Assembly (NCBI GenBank): GCA_964500775.1
Contig: CAZCQG010000007.1
Coordinates: 2,179 to 66,178, forward strand
Source: an uncultured Campylobacterales bacterium
GTDB taxonomy: Bacteria > Campylobacterota > Campylobacteria > Campylobacterales > CAZCQG01
Length of the DNA: 64,000 nt
Reading direction: 5' to 3'
Shown here: positions 58,857 through 64,000 of the stretch, one piece after another
Numbering within the stretch: position 1 is the stretch's first letter
Layout of the letters: each line of letters opens with the position of its first letter
The notes under the pieces: model-generated
Databases searched by the model: none
The model's input: only the letters and a program-made list of their open reading frames with translations
What the model was told of the DNA's origin: nothing
Position numbers and translations under genes: made by a program

Positions 58857-58884
58857 ATATCGGGTAAAACGGAAAAAAAATTTA
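58857..58884 (-). promoter_or_regulatory. sigma28 (FliA)-like promoter
   Basis: Minus strand reads TAAA-N17-CCGATAT (consensus TAAA-N15/16-GCCGATAA); the -10 element lies about 68 nt upstream of the paralog B ATG. Confidence 0.45.
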
Positions 58885-58894
58885 GCGGATGATG

Positions 58895-60073
58895 TTAGTC
58901 GTGTTTTTTTATGATCCCAAGCCACTCTTTGAGCTTTTTCTCAAACCCGATGTCGCTTAGCTCTACGACTTTAAACCTTTCGTCAACGTATTTTTGCTCC
59001 ACCCAGCCGCCGAAATCGTGTGGATAAAGATAGTTTTCATTGAAATGAGTAATGTTCTTTGGGGTGTCGTATATTTCGCCGTTTCTGATTCTAGCTTGTG
59101 CGCTTTTTATCGCTTTGTAGGCGGTGTTGGATTTTGGGGAGGCACATAGGTAGAGGGCGCACTCCGAGAGGAGGATACTCGCTTCGGGATAGCCTATTTT
59201 GCTCACACTTAGCATACAAGAGGTGGCGAGATTGAGAGCGTTTGGATTTGCAAGACCGATGTCTTCGGCGGCGAGTATTGTGAGGCGTCTAGCGATGAAT
59301 TCGGGATTCTCCCCACATTCGATGAGGCGGGCGAGGTAGTAGATCGCTGCATCGGGGTCGCTGCCGCGGATGGACTTGATAAGTGCACTCGCAAGGTCGT
59401 AGTGGGTATCATCCTCGCTGCTCCCTTCACTCAAAGAAAATGGGCGGATTCTTTTGAGGTCGGCGAGGGTAGGGGTATTTGATAGTTTTGAGCTGAACTC
59501 TAAGAGATTGAGCATGGCACGTGCATCTCCGTTGCTGCTTTCCAAAAGGTAAGTATACGCATCATCTCCTATCTGAATACCAAATTTTGACAGCGCGTTA
59601 TCGAGAATTTGTCCTAAGTGTCTTTTTGTAAGTTTTTTAAACTCAAAGAGTAAGATTCTAGAACGCAAAGCTTGCGTGAGCGAGAAAAACGGATTTTCGG
59701 TCGATGCGCCGATGAGGGTGATAATATTTTCTTCAAGGATGGGCAATAAAACCTCTTGCTGGTTTTTCGAGAGTCTATGTATCTCGTCAATAAATATTAG
59801 CGGTTTTAAGAGCGAGCCGCCTTGGGCTATTTTGCGTATCTCTTCGACTTTGATACTCGTCGCATTCAGATAGCTGATAGGTTGCCCTAATGATTCTGCG
59901 GCGAGTTTGGCTAGGGTCGTTTTTCCCGTCCCGGGAGGTCCGTAAAGTATGGCGTGCGGAAAAATGGAGGAATCGATGAACTTCTGAAAAACCCCGTCAT
60001 TTCCCACGAGATGTTCTTGCCCGATAAACTCTTCAAACCTCGTCGGTCTTAGGGCGCTTGCGATATTTGTCAA
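58895..60073 (-). CDS. rarA: replication-associated recombination protein A (AAA+ ATPase)
   Basis: [20 protein letters not shown], MgsA C-terminal region; apparent TTG start. Confidence 0.9.
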   Translation of the reverse strand: MTNIASALRPTRFEEFIGQEHLVGNDGVFQKFIDSSIFPHAILYGPPGTGKTTLAKLAAESLGQPISYLNATSIKVEEIRKIAQGGSLLKPLIFIDEIHRLSKNQQEVLLPILEENIITLIGASTENPFFSLTQALRSRILLFEFKKLTKRHLGQILDNALSKFGIQIGDDAYTYLLESSNGDARAMLNLLEFSSKLSNTPTLADLKRIRPFSLSEGSSEDDTHYDLASALIKSIRGSDPDAAIYYLARLIECGENPEFIARRLTILAAEDIGLANPNALNLATSCMLSVSKIGYPEASILLSECALYLCASPKSNTAYKAIKSAQARIRNGEIYDTPKNITHFNENYLYPHDFGGWVEQKYVDERFKVVELSDIGFEKKLKEWLGIIKKHD

Positions 60074-60133
60074 AAGAAAACTTTATCTATTTTTGGGGTA
60101 CAATCACCCCTAAAATTTAACAAGGAGCAACCG

Positions 60134-60226
60134 TTGCAAAAATATCTACCCCTCGCCATAGGAACGTTTATGATAGCTAGTATTTTATTTATGATGTATG
60201 GACTGGGAAATCCTATCTTCAAGTAA
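60134..60226 (+). CDS. candidate 30-codon hydrophobic peptide, antisense to the hspR-rarA spacer
   Basis: TACAAT at 60099-60104; AAGGAG 6 nt before TTG 60134; translation LQKYLPLAIGTFMIASILFMMYGLGNPIFK is a single TM helix. Below the ORF-track length cut-off. Confidence 0.3.
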   Translation: MQKYLPLAIGTFMIASILFMMYGLGNPIFK

Positions 60227-60236
60227 TAAATAGCCC

Positions 60237-60611
60237 TCACTCCTTAAAAAGAATGATCTCGTAACTGGCTTTTTTCGATACTACCGATTTATTCGGCGGA
60301 ACCGATCCGTTGCCGTTGGTTTTCGAGATCTCTATTCTCAACTCTTCGATGTCTTTATTCATAACCTCGATTTGTTCTTTGAGTCGTAAAATGATGTCGA
60401 CACCCGCCAGATTCACTCCAAGATCCCTAGTGAGGCGCAAAATCGTCTTGATTCTGTCTATATCTCTTTGTGAGTAGAGACGCATTTTCCCCTTTGTCCT
60501 GCCGGGGTCTACTAGCCCTTCGCGTTCGTACTGCCGCAGCGTTTGCGGGTGTATCTCAAGTATCTTGGCGACTACGCTTATTAGGTATACCGGCTCGTCA
60601 TAGCTGTACAT
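60237..60611 (-). CDS. hspR: MerR-family heat-shock repressor HspR
   Basis: HTH YLISVVAKILEIHPQTLRQYEREGL; follows cbpA as in Helicobacter and Campylobacter. Confidence 0.88.
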   Translation of the reverse strand: MYSYDEPVYLISVVAKILEIHPQTLRQYEREGLVDPGRTKGKMRLYSQRDIDRIKTILRLTRDLGVNLAGVDIILRLKEQIEVMNKDIEELRIEISKTNGNGSVPPNKSVVSKKASYEIILFKE

Positions 60612-60620
60612 CTTTACTCC

Positions 60621-61481
60621 TTAAGGCAGTTTTTCTTGCATCATTTTCACTAATGCTGAATCGAGTTCATCGACTTTTGGAACGGTTATTTCGACTTTAA
60701 CAAACAAATCACCCTTTTGCCCGCTTTTTCTGTTGACCGCGCCGAGTTCTTTTACGCGGAATTTTTGACCGCTCTTGGTATCTTGCGGGATTTTTAGCGT
60801 AATGTCTTTATGGATAGTCTTGACATCTATTTTGCCACCGAACATCGCTATCTTGAGAGGAACGGAGATTGTCTTGATGAGGTCGTCTCCTTCACGCTGG
60901 TATTCGGGATCAGGGGCGACTTCTACTTTTAAAAGGAGATCACCGCTCATGCCGCCGCCTCTTCTCCCCTTTCCTTTGACGCGCACCGTATCGCCGTTTT
61001 TTACCCCTTCGGGGATTTTAATGTCAAAGTTTTCGCCGTTAATTCCGACATTGTGTTTCCCTCCGATGATAGAGGTCAAAAAAGGTATCGTTATCCTAGC
61101 GGTGATGTCCAAATCGGGCTGTTGAAACGAATCAAACCCAAATCCGCCTCTTCCGCCCATGCCTCCAAATCCGCTGCCGCCGCCGAAGATGTTTTTTAAA
61201 ATCTCGTCGAGATCGACGTTGTGGGAGTATTGATTTCTTGCAAAATCGTGGAAATTTTGCCCGCCGAACATACTATCGCCAAATCTATCGTATTGCGAGC
61301 GTTTTTCTTTGTCGCTCAAAATCTCGTATGCGGCGTTTATTTCTTTAAATTTTTCCTCCGCTCCGGCTTCTTTATTTATATCGGGATGGTATTGTCGGGC
61401 GAGTTTTCTGTATGCCCGTTTTATCTCTTCTTCATTGGCGCTACTACTCACGCCGAGTGTCTCATACAGGCTTTTTGACAT
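60621..61481 (-). CDS. cbpA: DnaJ-like curved-DNA-binding co-chaperone
   Basis: J domain [13 protein letters not shown]-rich linker, no zinc-finger region. Confidence 0.9.
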   Translation of the reverse strand: MSKSLYETLGVSSSANEEEIKRAYRKLARQYHPDINKEAGAEEKFKEINAAYEILSDKEKRSQYDRFGDSMFGGQNFHDFARNQYSHNVDLDEILKNIFGGGSGFGGMGGRGGFGFDSFQQPDLDITARITIPFLTSIIGGKHNVGINGENFDIKIPEGVKNGDTVRVKGKGRRGGGMSGDLLLKVEVAPDPEYQREGDDLIKTISVPLKIAMFGGKIDVKTIHKDITLKIPQDTKSGQKFRVKELGAVNRKSGQKGDLFVKVEITVPKVDELDSALVKMMQEKLP

Positions 61482-61670
61482 AGCCTACCTCCGTGTAAAA
61501 CTTTTCATAAATTAATATGGATTATATCACATAAGTTTAGTATGTGTCAATCAACTTTTAGGATAACTCATTGTATACTTTTTAAGTAATGATGTCGCAT
61601 AATGTTTCGATTTTGTAGCTTATAATTACTAAAATACTTAAAATAAAATTATATAAGAGGGCGGAGAGAT

Positions 61671-63323
61671 ATGGACGCATTGAGATTTGTAGATAGCAAA
61701 TACAACACTAAAGTTGCTTATTTCAGTATGGAATTCGCGATTCATCAAGCATTGAAGATTTATTCGGGCGGCTTAGGTTTTTTGGCAGGCTCGCATATGA
61801 GAAGCGCATATGAGTTAAAACAGAATCTCATAGGAATCGGGATACTGTGGAGCTACGGCTACTACGACCAAAGCCGTAATGAGGACAATACGATGCGTGT
61901 GGCGTACAGAAGAAAATCGTACTCGTTTCTCGAAGATACCGGTATAAAAGTGAGCGTAAAAATTAACGGCGTAGACGTATATGTAAAAGCGATGTTGCTT
62001 AAGCCCGATACATTCGGCTCTGCGCCTATTTATCTCCTCACCACGGATATTCCCGAAAATGATTATCTTTCTCGAACAATTACGCATAAACTGTACGAAG
62101 CGCACGAAGAGACGAGGGTAGCACAAGAGGTCGTGCTTGGAATCGGCGGTGCGAAAGTGATAGAAAAACTCGGATTTGAACCGGAGATCTACCATATGAA
62201 CGAAGGGCATGCTGTACCGATGGCGTTTTATCTCTATTCGCAGCTCCAAGATTCTCAAAAAGTCAAAGAAAAAGTGGTCTTTACTACCCATACACCCGAA
62301 GTGGCGGGGAATGAAGAGCACGACATCCATCTTCTAAACGCCATGGGATTCTTTAACGGAATCTCGGTCGAAAAAGTGAAAAAAATCGTGGGAATGGGTG
62401 AGCACGACACGATGTTCTCGCTCACTGTAGCCGCACTTAGACTTTCCAAAATAGCCAATGCCGTCTCGAAAAAACACGGCGAAGTTGCTAGAGAGATGTG
62501 GAAAGGGATCGTCGATGCCGCACCTATCATCTCCGTGACGAATGCACAAAACAAAAAATATTGGGCGGACAAGCCATTGGTGAATGCCTTGGAAGAACAC
62601 GATGATTATGGGCTATTGGCGAGAAAAAGGCATTTAAAGAGAAAACTTTTTAACGAAGTCGCCGATCAAACGGGGAAACTATTTGACCCCGAGGTGCTTA
62701 CGTTTGTGTGGTCGAGAAGATTTGCGGAGTACAAAAGGGCGGGTCTCATCAAAAGAGACTTTGAGCGCTTTCATGACCTCGTCACTAGAAACGATAAGCC
62801 GATTCAAATCATTTGGGCAGGGAAACCGCATCCAAACGATACAAAAGGTATCAACCTTTTCAATGAACTGGTATATGCCACAAAAGACCTCAATCGATGT
62901 GCCGTCCTCACGGGCTACGAGCTAGACCTCTCCGCGCTTCTCAAAAAAGGGGCTGATGTGTGGATAAATACCCCAAGAGTCACGAGGGAGGCATCCGGTA
63001 CTAGCGGGATGTCTGCGGCGATGAACGGTGCGGTGAATCTCTCTATGAACGACGGGTGGCATTTGGAGTTTGAAAAACACGGAATAAATTGTTTTACGAT
63101 TTATCAAGACGGCAATAAAAGTATCGTAGAACAAGATGAGGAAGATTTTAACAATCTTATGCGAATCATTGACAATGAGGTGATTCCGATTTATTATAAT
63201 GATCCTGCAAGATGGCTTGAGATATTGAAAAATTCGGTAAATGACGTAGTGCCATATTTTGATAGCGGCAGAATGGCAAATGAGTATTATGTGCAACTAT
63301 ATAACTATAAAGGATATTATTGA
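61671..63323 (+). CDS. alpha-glucan phosphorylase family protein
   Basis: GGLGFLAGSH, HMNEGHA, TNAQNKKYW, EASGTSGMSAAMNG (PLP-lysine replaced context typical of the short glucan phosphorylase clade); 550 aa. Confidence 0.8.
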   Translation: MDALRFVDSKYNTKVAYFSMEFAIHQALKIYSGGLGFLAGSHMRSAYELKQNLIGIGILWSYGYYDQSRNEDNTMRVAYRRKSYSFLEDTGIKVSVKINGVDVYVKAMLLKPDTFGSAPIYLLTTDIPENDYLSRTITHKLYEAHEETRVAQEVVLGIGGAKVIEKLGFEPEIYHMNEGHAVPMAFYLYSQLQDSQKVKEKVVFTTHTPEVAGNEEHDIHLLNAMGFFNGISVEKVKKIVGMGEHDTMFSLTVAALRLSKIANAVSKKHGEVAREMWKGIVDAAPIISVTNAQNKKYWADKPLVNALEEHDDYGLLARKRHLKRKLFNEVADQTGKLFDPEVLTFVWSRRFAEYKRAGLIKRDFERFHDLVTRNDKPIQIIWAGKPHPNDTKGINLFNELVYATKDLNRCAVLTGYELDLSALLKKGADVWINTPRVTREASGTSGMSAAMNGAVNLSMNDGWHLEFEKHGINCFTIYQDGNKSIVEQDEEDFNNLMRIIDNEVIPIYYNDPARWLEILKNSVNDVVPYFDSGRMANEYYVQLYNYKGYY

Positions 63324-64000
63324 TGAGTATTCGAGCTAAAATCGTCTCCACGCTTGGACCTGCTTCAAATAGCGACGAAGGGGTAGCGGAGTTAATCCAA
63401 GTAGGCGTAAATGTCTTTAGGTTAAATTTTTCCCACGGTTCGCGCGAAAGTCACAAAGAGACGTTAGAGCGTATTAGACGCGTCTCCGAGAAGATGGGCA
63501 AGGTCGTCTCCGTGTTGCAGGATATTTCAGGTCCGAAAGTGCGAATCGGAGTAGTGGAAGGAGAGATACTCCTTGAAGCGGGCGATACGTTATGCTTTAA
63601 CAAAAACGAAACCGTAGGAAATAATGAGACCAAATGCGTCTCTTTGAGTTATCCCGAGATTATAGATTCTCTGAATATCGGCGATAAAATCTTTTTAGCG
63701 GACGGAACGATAAAAGTCGAAGTGATCGCAAAAGAGGGGGAGAAGGCAAAATCAAAAGTCCTTGTCGGCGGCAAGCTCACCTCCAAAAAAGGGGTAAATT
63801 TCCCGGGCGTGAAGCTCCCGATTCCTACTATTACCCAAAAAGATAGAGACGATTTGGTATTCGGTGCCGAGATCGGTGTCGATCTTATCGCCCTTTCGTT
63901 CGTGCGAAAAGGTGCGGATATACTAGAGGCGAAGAAGATACTTCAAACGTGCGGAAAAGATACCCCGATTTTCGCGAAGATCGAGATGGTCGAAGCAATG
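63323..64000 (+). CDS. pyk: pyruvate kinase, N-terminal 226 codons (3' end outside window)
   Basis: KIVSTLGPAS, NVFRLNFSHG, QDISGPKVRIG, LSFVR motifs; ATG overlaps the previous stop by 1 nt; not in the ORF track because it runs off the window. Confidence 0.93.
   Translation, partial: MSIRAKIVSTLGPASNSDEGVAELIQVGVNVFRLNFSHGSRESHKETLERIRRVSEKMGKVVSVLQDISGPKVRIGVVEGEILLEAGDTLCFNKNETVGNNETKCVSLSYPEIIDSLNIGDKIFLADGTIKVEVIAKEGEKAKSKVLVGGKLTSKKGVNFPGVKLPIPTITQKDRDDLVFGAEIGVDLIALSFVRKGADILEAKKILQTCGKDTPIFAKIEMVEAM

Noticed and set aside
61482-61670. HspR operator (HAIR, CTTGAGT-N7-ACTCAAG) in the cbpA / glucan-phosphorylase divergent spacer
   Set aside because: Only weak partial palindromes were found by eye (AAGTT-N16-AACTT, ACTT-TTT-AAGT). 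None matches the consensus well enough to call, and a PWM scan is needed.
1-64000. CRISPR arrays, tRNA/rRNA genes, IS elements, integrases or prophage blocks, and defence islands
   Set aside because: Every intergenic gap is under about 220 bp. I read all of them and found no spaced direct repeats, cloverleaf-like sequence or transposase/integrase ORFs other than the degenerate resolvase-like gene. The DEDD exonucleases here sit in metabolic or competence contexts rather than with recognisable defence partners.

Overview
This is a 64-kb chromosomal window, moderately AT-rich by eye and almost fully coding (about 70 genes). The gene order looks Campylobacterota-like: cheY-prmA-ftsH-psd-like-pssA, and cbpA-hspR-rarA as in Helicobacter and Campylobacter. 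Lineage is inferred only; no search was run. Most genes are housekeeping: pyrB, ugd, tlyA-ribF-cmoA-dapE, purCSQ, clpB, ubiX-coaD-tmk, hisHA, leuA, accA-fabF-acpP-fabG-rpsU, ccoG and pyk. I recognised no rRNA, tRNA, CRISPR array, IS element or prophage. Six regions deserve a second look. (1) 54996-58884 holds a FapA-like gene followed by two convergent, uncharacterised DxDxDG calcium-binding paralogs. One paralog has a sigma54-like promoter and the other a sigma28-like promoter. They share a 71-bp perfect inverted repeat in the same codon phase. (2) 12024-23408 is an acetate uptake and activation island: acs, DUF485-actP, and a DUF4212 plus VC_2705-type symporter. It contains two copies of an uncharacterised pair, a cNMP/CBS/DUF294 nucleotidyltransferase followed by a DEDDh exonuclease. 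(3) A Leu-rich leader peptide lies ahead of leuA. (4) A catalytically degenerate resolvase-like gene with an in-frame TGA is translationally coupled to ccoG. (5) A five-gene overlapping operon encodes a thioredoxin lipoprotein, a MacB-type ABC system and a Cys-rich membrane protein. (6) A 30-codon hydrophobic ORF lies antisense between hspR and rarA. All calls come from reading motifs in the supplied translations and hand-counting the DNA. No BLAST, HMM or folding was run.
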